Below are positions 1 to 10,188 of a DNA stretch of 64,000 nucleotides, in pieces. The notes under the pieces were generated by a model, which saw only the letters and a list, made by a program, of their open reading frames with translations, searched no databases and was not told the DNA's origin. Source of the stretch: Hyaloraphidium curvatum SAG 235-1 (lineage: Eukaryota > Fungi > Monoblepharomycota). A program made the position numbers and the translations under genes. The DNA is taken from positions 496,001 to 560,000 of the forward strand of contig JAIVFI010000008.1 of assembly GCA_025558095.1 (NCBI GenBank), read 5' to 3'. Each line of letters opens with the position of its first letter. Positions within the stretch are counted from its first letter, which is position 1.

Positions 1-1378
1 AGTCGGTAGAATGTTCCTTGACCCACACCAAACACGTCCTGGAGGGCACCGAGTTCGGCATACGACTTGTCCAGGGTCATGCAACGGGGCCGCCAATCCA
101 TAGCCGCCGCCTCCACCTGGGGCCGCCTTCCTCGGAGGAGGGCCGGCCACGTCGATTCGTCCTGGTGTTCCAAGAGCCCGCGCGCAAACGATATGACGCG
201 TGCGAGAAACCACTCCAGGAACCTCTTCAGCGTGGGCCGCCGGATATTGGTGGAAAACAGGAACGCGAGGGGTTTGGCACGCCGACCGACCACGTCGAAA
301 GCCACCAGTCCAGTAATGGGCAGCTTCTGGATGTTCTTGCGCCGCCAGGATGAATCGATCCCGACAATGCTCCCGTAGACGATGGCAAACACGAGTCCGA
401 CCGTATCGGTGAAGGCGTAGGAAAAAGAGGCTCCGATGGATTCCGACCCCTCCTCCAGGCCGACCAGATACACGTTTTGAGGCCTTTCCGCGGCGAGCTT
501 CCTCAACACGCTGAGCGAGGCAGGTCCGAACATGGCACGTCGCGCCTGTCTGGCGATGCTCTTAAGGGTGCCGTCCGGAATGCCACCCCATTTGGTCACG
601 GCGGCCTCGTTGTCCAGGAGAAACAGCGCCGGCGTCGAGCCCGACCGGAGAAAGTAGTCGAAGGCAAGAGATCGGAGGAGCCCAGACGATCGCCTCTTCT
701 CGTTGTCGGGAGCGTCGTGAAAGTCCTTGGCATAGATGACCGCTCGACCGGGGTCGTTCGCAAAGACGTAGATGCTTCAATCATCGCGTCAGTTTTACCA
801 GATTACAAGAGGAGGAGGCACACGTACCCTATCATCATAGGACATTTGGCATCTTCTTGGTTCGGGCATGCCCCGGTTCCTACACATTCCATGAGGTACT
901 TGTAGACAGGTCGCCGTTTGCGAATGGCACGGTCAATGTCTCTGTTGGAGGCTTCCGGGTTCCTTTCGATGAGGAGCGTCCATTTTCGCGGGTCCAGCTT
1001 CCCCGACGGCCCTTCCGACGTCACGAGAAACTGGGGGACTTTGGCCGAGCCCAGCTGCGACCCTCTCAAGGCCCTAAAGTCCTGACCGAGCGCGAAAATG
1101 TACTCGGAAAGATCACGGAGGGCGACACGGTTCAGAAGCTCCGTGAACGGTTTCGGGATCGCGCTGGAGTCGTCGTCGCTGTCCTCGGCTTCCGGCGGAG
1201 GGATCTGGTGTCTGGCCTGGTTCCAAGCTTCCCTCGCCGCTTGGTGAATCGACTTTGGAAGGGGGCCCGGCTCCGTCGACCATCGGCGTGGTTGAGCGCT
1301 TCCGGGGGTGCTAGCCCGCCCGGACGTATCGCTACCCGAGTCGCGACGTCGCCCCTTGGTTTGAGCTGGAGTCTGCAT
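1..1378 (-). CDS. MULE/Mutator-like DDE transposase, spliced (intron 775-827), runs off the window edge
   Basis: Exon 1 (1378-828) ends in a Cys cluster (ECVGTGAC...KCPMMIG). A GTACGT...CTGAC...AAG intron of 53 nt follows. Exon 2 is open to position 1 and reads VGIDSSW...LPITGLVAFD...PLAFLFSTN...TLKRFLEW...WRPRCMTLDKSYAELGALQDVF, a MULE DDE pattern. TATATAAA lies on the minus strand near 1493-1501. Confidence 0.75.
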
Positions 1379-1528
1379 GTTGAGTCCGCAGTCTCTGCGA
1401 GTTGAGGCAGCAGTCTAGGCAGCAGTTTTGCGCGATGAGACCGTGGTCCCGGCGTGGCGAGTCGATGTCCTTGCGTGGCCCGACCCATTGCCCTTTATAT
1501 ACCGGGCCGGAACCCGTGAGTCGTGTCA

Positions 1529-1747
1529 TCATGACACATGATCTGCTGACAAAGCCGGTGCGAAATTTTCGCAAGCGGGTGGTGGCGACGGTGGTTGTTG
1601 TTGTTGCGGATCGGAGGTGGCGGTCTCAAGTTCGCGCAATTCATCCAGCAACTCGCGGAATCTCTCTTCGTTCGCGATGAAAATGGGGATTTTCAACATT
1701 TCAAAGATCTCGTGCTCGAGCCACTTTTGTCTCTCCGATTTCTCCAT
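1529..1747 (-). CDS. Small hypothetical protein
   Basis: 72-aa ATG ORF in a co-oriented gene run; helical, charged composition. Confidence 0.4.
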   Translation of the reverse strand: MEKSERQKWLEHEIFEMLKIPIFIANEERFRELLDELRELETATSDPQQQQPPSPPPACENFAPALSADHVS

Positions 1748-1797
1748 TCCACATCCATTACATCAAAAAACTACCGGTTTCTTGACGCGCGATCCTT

Positions 1798-2427
1798 TCA
1801 CAGGCCTGCACAACGGCCTTTGAACGATGCCTTGGACTTGCGCAGTTCAGAGTCCTCTTCCTCCGTGCTCCACGCAGACCAAATCTTGCCGGGAACATCG
1901 GCGAGCTTCACCGCGTCGACACTCTGCAGCTGGGCCGAATCAACGGCATCGGTCTTGCTGAAATCCGATGCGGAAAAGAACGAATTGACCGAATACGTGT
2001 ACGGACGCGTCAGAGGGTCGGCAAAGTTGGAACGCGTCTGGAACTCGACGGAAAGGAGTGCCTTCATCGCGTCGTCCTTCGAGTCGTAGGTGGACAGGCA
2101 CACGGCACCATCCGAGTTCTTGGCAACCAGCGCCCAAAACAGGGACGACACCGGCCCCTCCTCGTCTTCGTTGTCGGTTCCGTCGCTGCCCGAGTTCTCG
2201 CTCTCGTCATCGGACTTGACCGGACTCGGCGGGTCCATCTCGAAGTTGCGCGGCTTGGACACGGGCTTCTTGGTCACCCGAGTCGCAGCGGCGGTGGTGT
2301 TCCTGAATCGCGGCGAAGGAGGCGGCCTGGACAGGGAGATCTTCTTCGGGGGGGCAACCGCCTCCTCGTCGGAGGACTCAACCGCCTCCTCGACGGTGCG
2401 CTTGCTGAGAATCTTTCTTGGAGGCAT
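1798..2427 (-). CDS. Hypothetical protein with basic/acidic disordered N-terminus (NLS-like MPPRKILSKR)
   Basis: 209-aa ATG ORF, tightly packed with its neighbours. Confidence 0.6.
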   Translation of the reverse strand: MPPRKILSKRTVEEAVESSDEEAVAPPKKISLSRPPPSPRFRNTTAAATRVTKKPVSKPRNFEMDPPSPVKSDDESENSGSDGTDNEDEEGPVSSLFWALVAKNSDGAVCLSTYDSKDDAMKALLSVEFQTRSNFADPLTRPYTYSVNSFFSASDFSKTDAVDSAQLQSVDAVKLADVPGKIWSAWSTEEEDSELRKSKASFKGRCAGL

Positions 2428-2503
2428 GCTGGTGCTACAACAGGGGCAGAGAGATTGCTTCGGCGCATCTGAACGGGTCAGGTCATGAATTCGTCATGGT
2501 TTC

Positions 2504-3145
2504 TCACATCAGGTTGCAACCACCGCCTTCATCGTCATCCTCGCTGTCGGATTCCCAAAGCTCGACTCGATTCACCCTTTTCTTCGTTCGCTTCTTCGGG
2601 CGCTGCTTGGATCTCGGAGGCGGCGTCGGTGCCGAATCGGTTGTCGTGCTGCTCGGTGGAGGTTCTTCCCAAAGCCCATCCGACACTTCCAATGCCGTTG
2701 GTTTCTTGGGGCTGTTTGCCCTCTTTCGTTCGAGGGCGGAATTAATCTGCCTCAGGCACCTTTCGTGCATTGAAATCGGAATCTCGTGATTTTCATCGGC
2801 CGTGCCCAAGTGTTGCGAAATGATCATCGCGGCCTTTCGAAACGCAACGACCCTCTCGAAAATGTGTTGCAAGTCAATGAGCCTGTACCTGGGCAAGGTG
2901 TCGTAGTCAAAGTCCTTGTTCACATCCACCATTCGCTCACCCGGGGCCCCACAATGCGAGTACACGTAAGGTGTGTTGGGTGAACGCACCAATGTGTCTT
3001 CATTCAGGTGGTACAACTTGGACAAGAACTTTCTCGCGGAAAGCAGGAGATTCGTGTCGTTTCGATGCAATCCCGCCCACATCTCGACTTCGGACGGGAT
3101 GGTGGTGGCGGCGGAGGATCGGACAATGGACTCGAACTGCTCCAT
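2504..3145 (-). CDS. Hypothetical protein with basic NLS-like and acidic tail
   Basis: 213-aa ATG ORF; RPKKRTKKR followed by ESDSEDDDE. Confidence 0.6.
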   Translation of the reverse strand: MEQFESIVRSSAATTIPSEVEMWAGLHRNDTNLLLSARKFLSKLYHLNEDTLVRSPNTPYVYSHCGAPGERMVDVNKDFDYDTLPRYRLIDLQHIFERVVAFRKAAMIISQHLGTADENHEIPISMHERCLRQINSALERKRANSPKKPTALEVSDGLWEEPPPSSTTTDSAPTPPPRSKQRPKKRTKKRVNRVELWESDSEDDDEGGGCNLM

Positions 3146-3346
3146 GATTCTTTGGGTTCAAGAAATGTTTCTTTGCTCAATCAAACACCGAAAGCAACAA
3201 CTTGCTCGGTTGGAGTTGCCCATCTTGAATGAGTCTCGAGAAACCCGAGGTGATGTGATTCACAATCTTGATCTTGACTTGGGGTCCGTGCTTTTTCCAC
3301 GTTTTCGTCGATTTCCGCGCTCGTGAACACCGCCCGAGATTCTTTT

Positions 3347-6031
3347 TCATTCGTCAAACATCTTGAGAAGCAGTCTACTGTCGGCCAATGCACTTTCGGC
3401 CGTGATGTTCCCGTTTTCCGTGAGTTTTCGGAATCCTCCCGTCATGTGGTGAACAAAGTCGATCTTGACCCTCTCCAGCATCCGATTCCGCAACCTGGCC
3501 ACCGCTTCGTCGATACCGGCACTCGGGATGGCATCCAGTGCGTCTTTCAACGCCTCTGCATTGCCCGACACGTCGTTGACGGAAAACCCGCAGTCAAACA
3601 TGCGCTTCTGGACCGCCGCGTGGATCGACTGGATCTCTCTTTCCATGGTGGCAATCGCATCCGAATCAAAGTTCCGTTGCATGAAGTTCCGGCTCGGAAC
3701 GGTCGTCAAACGGAACCGTCCGTATCGGTCCTTGAGAGCGAGCACCGTTGCGAGAAACGTCGCATGATACGCTTCGTAGCTGGTCATGAATTCGGCCACC
3801 TCTCGTCTCCGCATGGTCCTCAACCTCTGCATCTCGTTGAACAGCACAACGTACCCGTCACGATACTGAGCACCCTGTCGGAGCAGCTCGGAGTGGATCT
3901 TTTCGATGGAGGATGAGATGCTCTGCTGTTTTGCCATCAGAGCCGCATCTCCGGCACCCCGCATCGCAATCACGTCGGTGGTCCCGGCTTCGGCCACGAG
4001 TGCCAAGGTGGTTTCGCCGAGATCTTTGATCAAATTGTCGAAAACCTGCGGCGGTGTCGAAGGAACGTGCTGGATGCGAGTTTGGAGGTCGGACAGCTGC
4101 TTTTCGTAGGCGTCCTGCATGGATTGGAACCGATCCATTTCCTCTTCTTCGATTTCGCGTAGGCGCTGCATTTCGTTTCTCGTACGCCTTATTTCGTCAC
4201 GAGCGGCATTGGGGAGCCCGAGTTTGTCGTAGAATGCGTAAAGGACGACGAAAAGCAGGAGAAGGACAATGAACGACCACAGCGGGAACATGCCGATCCG
4301 GTAGTCGGCAATAAGTTCGGTCAAGTCGGACAAGGTTCCGTTTTGTTGGGCAGCAGGCACCATTTGCATGGCAAACTGGACGCCTTCTTCGACCTTGATC
4401 CCTTCTGTGACTTGTTGGAAGGTCTGGTTGCTCTCTTGCGTGGCGTTGGCCAGCGAAACATTGGCAAACTGGATCGCTTCCGCCATGTGTTGAGGGACCG
4501 ACATGGTTCCGTTTTCGTCGCCTCTTAAACAGCGTAGGCCTTCCAGCGCTTTGACGAGAGGCGAGTGAATCGTGTGCATGTCCACCCAGTTTGTCGTCGG
4601 CGCATTGACCCGTGGGATTGCATTCACGGGCGGGATCGCATTCACGCGCGGGATCAAGCCTACCGCGTTTCCGGCATGGGCAGCCTGTTCTGCGATGGCA
4701 TTGACGACCTTTTCCACCACGGGTGCAGCCGCAACGGTCACGGCTTCGGGTATCTCGGCAATCGCTTCCGTGACGTGTTCCCGGGGGAAACTTTCCGGAT
4801 TCTGGAGGAGGTTCCAAAGGTAATGCGAGCTTCTGACCACGGCAGGCAAAACGAGGGGAAACCCAAAGTTTTCCCTGGTATTGTGGGTGGCGTCCAAAGC
4901 AGCCTGGGCCGCCGACAGCATCCCCGCCACGTCTCTCGGTTGCCCAGAAGCATCAAACAAGTGCCATGCCATGGGTGCAAGCTCTTTCTCCAGCATCCAC
5001 GAGATCACTCGGAGCCGTACCGCGTTTTCATCCAGTTTCGACGCGTTTCGCCGGATCGTCAACAACCCCGCCTCTTTGGGCTTGGGGAATGCCATTTCCG
5101 ACGATTGGTTGTTGATTTTGAGCGTATCGAGGACTTCGCGCCCCTTTCGAATCTGTTTTGCGACGTCCATGGCCGTCACGCCCGCAGCCAACGCCATGCT
5201 GGCCCAGTATGTGCCACTCGCCAACAGTGTCGCATGCGGCGGAATGTAACCCAGGATCCCGGCGAGATCGATGGCGGTCGGGACCATTGCCAGCGCAAAC
5301 CTCTTCCACTCAAAAGTCGTCAGCATTTCCGCGAATGACTCGAGTTCACGGGTCAGGAGCGAGCAAATCACTTCCTTGCTTCGAATGGAGCCGTCGGCAG
5401 GGTCGACAAAGTAACTCGCCGGCACTTCGACGGCCAACATGAGTTCCGATCGGATCTCGTCGACCGACGTCTTTGACAATGCATTGCAGGTCGCCCTCCA
5501 CGACGCGACGGGAACACGTGCTTTTTCGGGCGCGGGCATGTGACGGACCGTGGGTTTCGCTCGGGGGGCTTTGGGCATGGTGGTATCAAGGATTGGGGAA
5601 GAAAACAATGTGGAATTGAAACGCTTTCTCATCATTTTCGGTGCCGCTCGCAATCGGGAGATGTACAGCACCCAGCACACGAAATCGACACGCAGTAAGG
5701 CGATCCCAGATTCCCGCACCCGCACTTGCCGTCCACCACGGTGCCCTTCTTCCTCTGCGATTGCCGACAGCTCCTTCAAGCACCCTGCCACTCTTGTAAG
5801 CCACTCGTCATTTTGCCCTTGAATGCCGGCTCTTTCCGTCAAGGTCCAGACCGCGTTGGGGTTGAGTGGGTGCGCCATCGCCATTTTCGCCAGGTTTTCG
5901 TCGAAATCGCTCGATCCGATCCAAGCCGACAGTTTCGTACGCACCACGCCATTGCACGCTTCGACCATAGCGGACCTCGTCTTCGGGTCCTTTTTGAACT
6001 TGTCGACCGCCTCCAACCCGACATCATCCAC
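3347..6031 (-). CDS. Large membrane and coiled-coil protein of unknown function (true start uncertain, possibly ATG 5578)
   Basis: 894-codon ORF with hydrophobic segments (e.g. FPLWSFIVLLLLFVVLYAF), a coiled coil, and three copies of an IP(R/P)VNA repeat. Confidence 0.65.
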   Translation of the reverse strand: MDDVGLEAVDKFKKDPKTRSAMVEACNGVVRTKLSAWIGSSDFDENLAKMAMAHPLNPNAVWTLTERAGIQGQNDEWLTRVAGCLKELSAIAEEEGHRGGRQVRVRESGIALLRVDFVCWVLYISRLRAAPKMMRKRFNSTLFSSPILDTTMPKAPRAKPTVRHMPAPEKARVPVASWRATCNALSKTSVDEIRSELMLAVEVPASYFVDPADGSIRSKEVICSLLTRELESFAEMLTTFEWKRFALAMVPTAIDLAGILGYIPPHATLLASGTYWASMALAAGVTAMDVAKQIRKGREVLDTLKINNQSSEMAFPKPKEAGLLTIRRNASKLDENAVRLRVISWMLEKELAPMAWHLFDASGQPRDVAGMLSAAQAALDATHNTRENFGFPLVLPAVVRSSHYLWNLLQNPESFPREHVTEAIAEIPEAVTVAAAPVVEKVVNAIAEQAAHAGNAVGLIPRVNAIPPVNAIPRVNAPTTNWVDMHTIHSPLVKALEGLRCLRGDENGTMSVPQHMAEAIQFANVSLANATQESNQTFQQVTEGIKVEEGVQFAMQMVPAAQQNGTLSDLTELIADYRIGMFPLWSFIVLLLLFVVLYAFYDKLGLPNAARDEIRRTRNEMQRLREIEEEEMDRFQSMQDAYEKQLSDLQTRIQHVPSTPPQVFDNLIKDLGETTLALVAEAGTTDVIAMRGAGDAALMAKQQSISSSIEKIHSELLRQGAQYRDGYVVLFNEMQRLRTMRRREVAEFMTSYEAYHATFLATVLALKDRYGRFRLTTVPSRNFMQRNFDSDAIATMEREIQSIHAAVQKRMFDCGFSVNDVSGNAEALKDALDAIPSAGIDEAVARLRNRMLERVKIDFVHHMTGGFRKLTENGNITAESALADSRLLLKMFDE

Positions 6032-6065
6032 CAGGTGGACTCCCGCGCCGCCTTTTTATCAGGTT

Positions 6066-6106
6066 GAAAGTGTCACCATGAAAGTGTCACCATGAAAGTG
6101 TCACTA
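6066..6106 (+). promoter_or_regulatory. 14-bp GAAAGTGTCACCAT array (3 copies)
   Basis: Direct tandem copies next to TTTTTAT (TATA-like on the minus strand) upstream of the 894-aa ORF. Confidence 0.7.
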
Positions 6107-6148
6107 CGGGTTGTGTGGCTGTGCCGGTGGCTGATGGAGGGGTCGGTT

Positions 6149-6716
6149 GGAAAGTTTTCAAAGAGCCAATACAAGGCATCCGTAACCCGGTTTCGCGACT
6201 TAAGAATATTAATTAGTCACATACACAAAAATCCTAAGTCGCGAAACCGGGTTACGGATGCCTTGTATTGGCTCTCGGAAAACTTTCCCGACTCCGGGAG
6301 AGTCGGATAAACCGGATTATGCGCCGAGGGAGTGAGCGGAAATCTTTCCGAAGAGGCGATACAAGGCATCCGTAACCCGGTTTCAGCTCATCCGAAATTC
6401 GCTAACCAGGCATCTGGGAAATTCCTAATCCGCGAAACCGGGTCACCAATGCCTTGTATTGGCTCATGGGAAACTTTCCGACTCCGACCCCGGCGGTAAT
6501 TCTCGGCGGAGGGATTGCGGGAGGTAAGGGATGTTCCGCCGCCAGTTTTGCCGCCCGGACGCAAATCCGAAAAGTTTCCCAAGAGCCAATACAAGGCATT
6601 GGTAACCCGGTTTCGGCATTCGGCAATTCATTGACCCGCGCGGGCTGGTGAGTCTGCCTCGGAGTTGAAAAGTTCCCCAAGAGCCAATACAAGGCATTGG
6701 TAACCCGGTTTCGGCA
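6149..6716. repeat. Six copies of a ~50-bp repeat (core ATACAAGGCATYSGTAACCCGGTTTC), orientation F-R-F-R-F-F
   Basis: Copies at about 6149, 6234, 6338, 6431, 6568 and 6667. The first pair forms ~55-bp inverted arms around an AT-rich spacer. Confidence 0.9.
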
Positions 6717-6833
6717 AATCGGATAAATCGGACCCGGAAAGTGTCACTTTAAATCTTTTGCGCGGGAAAATCGGTTCTTCCGCTGCAAAAGAGTTGAAGA
6801 GTGCGATTTTGTGCGATTTCGTGCGAAATTCAT

Positions 6834-7519
6834 CTATTCGTAGCTGTGTTCGGGAATCTCGACCATTTCCACTTGTTGCTTCGTGAACGGCGACTTGCGG
6901 AACTTTTCAAACAAATCCCAGTTCGCATCGGTCCAGTCGTCAATGTCCTCGCCGCGGAGATTCTCCAGCATCGACAATACGTCCTCCACCAGTTTCGACC
7001 CCCTCTTCCGCACTTCCATGTCTTCTCCTATCAAATAGAGGTACACGGTATCAATGTCGGCAAACACTTCAAACAGCGAGCCGCCTCTCCCGAACGTGTA
7101 GATGTTTGTGATGGGCTCCTGGTCTTGAACGTGTAAGCGTAGTCTTGGCCGGCGTTGATGTAAGATTGGATCGCGAGGTACTTGTTGTGTTTCAAAGGAA
7201 CGACATGCAACCACTGAACCGACCGAATCGGCTGATTGATGTCGATTTTGCCCTCGAAGGTCACTTCTTCGTTTCCGAGTCCATCGTGCGTGTTGACGCG
7301 GACTTTGGCGTCTTCGATGTAAATGTCGTGCCGCGGACGGCCGTCCATGGTTTCGATGGTGAATTCCTGACCGTTTTCAAGGGGTGTGGTGATCATCGCG
7401 GCTTCCTTGCGCATCATGCGCCTGTGTTGAGCACAGAGCCTGTCGCCCGACTTTGCGTGACGCCTGCACTGAAATTGGCACGAGTCCATGTTTTGCCCAT
7501 TTTCGGAAGGCTGCGTCAT
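6834..7519 (-). pseudogene. Hypothetical protein with N-terminal CCCH-type motif, apparently frameshifted near 7120
   Basis: Two overlapping ORFs join plausibly as ...YAYTFKT/QEPITNIYTF...; motif CQFQCRR...RLCAQH. Confidence 0.5.
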
Positions 7520-7631
7520 GATGACATGGTTTTGGGTCGAACAACTGGTACATAAGCGCGGGGTTGGGAGCTTTCGGATGGCATCCGCGCGAGTCATCAA
7601 ACACATCACAAAACACAAAAAGCCGCACCCC

Positions 7632-8210
7632 ATGGTCCAATTGCCTTACGACGTCGTTTCTGCTGTCGGAGAGTATCTAAACGAAGACGATTGGACGCTC
7701 CTCATGTCGGCACACTTTGGGGAAGGCCCAAATGTTGCAGAAGTCGCAAAATCATGGCACATGAGCACGAAACAGTTGGAACTGAGGAAAGCCATCAAAA
7801 TCACGGCTCGCCCTTTGGAACACCGGAATGACGCCACCTTTGAACATCGCCGCCCTTTCATCGAAGCATTCCTCGCTCAAAACTACGATTTCCAGATCAA
7901 TGGCACCCCACGAGACGCGATCGGTGGCATATTTCGAGCCATGCGGGTCCGGGGGTGGTGCTCCTTCTTTGCACCCACCCTGAAACACTTGTCGACAAGG
8001 TGGAAAGCGGAATTTGCCCAAGCATGGACGCAATTCGTCTGGTTTTACGGACCGAGCGACCTTGCAAGGATCGTCATGGCCTACGTCGATCCCGTCGAAC
8101 TCGCGCGGGTGCAGCCGTACTTGCGGAATTGTGCGCTCGGAGAAGCGGACAAGGAGGAGGCAAAGGACATTCGTGCATTCATTGTAAATAGTTTCAAAGT
8201 GTCGAAATGA
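7632..8210 (+). CDS. F-box-like protein
   Basis: N-terminus MVQLPYDVVSAVGEYLNEDDW resembles the F-box LP-x-(D/E) start. Confidence 0.5.
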   Translation: MVQLPYDVVSAVGEYLNEDDWTLLMSAHFGEGPNVAEVAKSWHMSTKQLELRKAIKITARPLEHRNDATFEHRRPFIEAFLAQNYDFQINGTPRDAIGGIFRAMRVRGWCSFFAPTLKHLSTRWKAEFAQAWTQFVWFYGPSDLARIVMAYVDPVELARVQPYLRNCALGEADKEEAKDIRAFIVNSFKVSK

Positions 8211-9891
8211 ATGGTATCAATGCCTCCGACTTTCCCTTGATACCGGCCCTTTTTGTGCATTCCCAGACGTTGTTCATGTCGACCGGTCTCTGTATCCACG
8301 CGCGGAGCATTTCCTTGCATAGATCCATGGCTTTGGAGGCCAGCTTCCTACGATGGGGAAACATGTCGCAAGCATCGAGCCCCACCAGTTCCACGAGGCG
8401 GGCGACCATGTCGTCGTGACCAATACGGTGCAAGAGCACGAACTTGACCAAGTCTTTCGACTCGCACTGAGTCCACCGCTGGACCGGATCGAAGGCTCGA
8501 GTGAGGCCCAGTCCGAACCGCACGACGTCGATGGGCATATCCCGATCCTCGATTGTGCGGTGAAGAGCTCGTGCGTCGTCCAAGAACCGTTGCTTTTCGA
8601 TTGCGGCTTCGACAATCTTCCTTCGAGAACCGGTGACAAAAGGCACCTCGTCGGCTCGGAGCGGTCCCGGTCGCTCCTTTCTGATTTTGGCGTATCGCGC
8701 TGCCGCTTGTGACCACCTGTCTTCGTCCATCACATCGAATGTCCACGGGCCGGCAAAGTTGGCTGCTTCCGACAATCGGGCCAATGCCGCCTTGTCCAAG
8801 GCCGTCCTCACCAATTGCTTGTTTGCGGGGTACCGGTACCGCATGTTGTTGGTAAAGGCATCGTCGAACTCCTTGAGATCCTTTGCCCATGGAAACTTTT
8901 CACCCGTGCTCGCGTGGACTGCGGCGTGAAGCTGCATCTGCGTCTCGCGTCCTGCAATGGCCTCCCGTTCTTTGGCCAGCCTTTCTCGGAATGCACGATG
9001 GGAGAGGAGATGCTCTCGGCACGGCAGCGTCAATTCCCTGGGGTCGAAGTCGAGTCCGCCGACCGTGTTTGGTGTTGGCAGCAGCAAATTCGCAATCACG
9101 AGCCGGAGCGTGTGGAGGCGATCGTAATCCTGCGAAAGACTCCCGCTCGTGAACCGCACGTCCGCCACGTAGGGTCGAAGTTGCAGGGTCGACGGGACTT
9201 GAAACCCCGGAAATTCACCCGAGTCGACGATGAACCGGAGGTCTCGCATCACGATGGGCACGAGTTGTTCGACCAGGGTCCTGTGCCGATGAAGATGCCT
9301 TGCGTCGATGACGGCTTGCCCTCCGCATTTCGCCCAGATCGCTTCCCGCACGGCCGAATCTCGGTACATGCGCGTCTCTCGGTGGGTGTTCTTGGACTTT
9401 TGAAACACGGGATCGAAGGGCGCTTCGTCGACGCGGTATGAAGACAGGCGCGGCGGTGCGGATCCGTACGAAACCCGTCCTTTGCTCCGTTGCCAGGCCG
9501 GCGATGCATACGAGTACTGCTTGGTCCAATCTTCGTCCCAGAGCGATGGCATGCAATCTAGACAGATGCTTTCCATGCAGTTGGGTCCCGTCTGCACCTT
9601 GTATGGGACCCGATGGAAGCCCTTGCAGCGGTAGCAGATTTGAAACGGGGCATTCTTCAGTCGTGTGAGGACTGCAGATGCGGTCCAAGCCTTGTAGCCT
9701 GCGGGACGTCGTTGCCATTTTGCTTGTGTCGCAATGGTCTTCCACATTGGCATGGACTGCCACGCTTCGAACATGGCGCGACACGTCTTGGCGAGTTCCC
9801 AGGCCGACATGAGGGGGAGGTTCATGAGGATCTGGATGCGGATCTCCAAAGCTGTTCCTGCGAGGGTGGCTTGCTGAACCAGGGCCGACAT
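8194..9891 (-). CDS. F-box protein with CxxC...CxxC zinc-binding motif
   Basis: LEIRIQILMNLPLMSAWELAKTCRAM...W; CYRC...CLDC; TATA upstream near 9984. Confidence 0.7.
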   Translation of the reverse strand: MSALVQQATLAGTALEIRIQILMNLPLMSAWELAKTCRAMFEAWQSMPMWKTIATQAKWQRRPAGYKAWTASAVLTRLKNAPFQICYRCKGFHRVPYKVQTGPNCMESICLDCMPSLWDEDWTKQYSYASPAWQRSKGRVSYGSAPPRLSSYRVDEAPFDPVFQKSKNTHRETRMYRDSAVREAIWAKCGGQAVIDARHLHRHRTLVEQLVPIVMRDLRFIVDSGEFPGFQVPSTLQLRPYVADVRFTSGSLSQDYDRLHTLRLVIANLLLPTPNTVGGLDFDPRELTLPCREHLLSHRAFRERLAKEREAIAGRETQMQLHAAVHASTGEKFPWAKDLKEFDDAFTNNMRYRYPANKQLVRTALDKAALARLSEAANFAGPWTFDVMDEDRWSQAAARYAKIRKERPGPLRADEVPFVTGSRRKIVEAAIEKQRFLDDARALHRTIEDRDMPIDVVRFGLGLTRAFDPVQRWTQCESKDLVKFVLLHRIGHDDMVARLVELVGLDACDMFPHRRKLASKAMDLCKEMLRAWIQRPVDMNNVWECTKRAGIKGKSEALIPFISTL

Positions 9892-9983
9892 GATGATGCG
9901 GTGGTTGTGATGGGTGCGAATTGTGATGACTACGAATTCGTGATGAGAAGAGACAACCCATCCGCCCCCCTTCCCCCTCCTCC

Positions 9984-10152
9984 TTATATCCCGATCCGGT
10001 TCCGAAAACGTGGGGCGATGACACCTCGATCAAGTGTCACCATGAAGGTGTCACTATGAAGGTGTCACTACGGACGTGTGTCACTATGAAGGTGTCACCA
10101 TGAAAGTGTCACCATGAACACCCCACAGTTTCGGAGAGGCACCGGTATAAAA
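9984..10152. promoter_or_regulatory. Divergent promoter: TATA - 6x GTGTCAC(C/T)A array - TATA
   Basis: ATATAAGG on the minus strand near 9982-9989, TATAAAA at 10146, and flanking inverted TCCGAAA..TGGGG / CCCCA..TTTCGGA. Confidence 0.8.
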
Positions 10153-10188
10153 GGCAGGGGTTCCGGGAGGGTGTCTCTCATCACCAAC

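Noticed and set aside
6149-6716. CRISPR-like repeat/spacer array
   Set aside because: Copies alternate in orientation, spacer lengths are irregular, there are no cas-like genes, and the context is eukaryotic.
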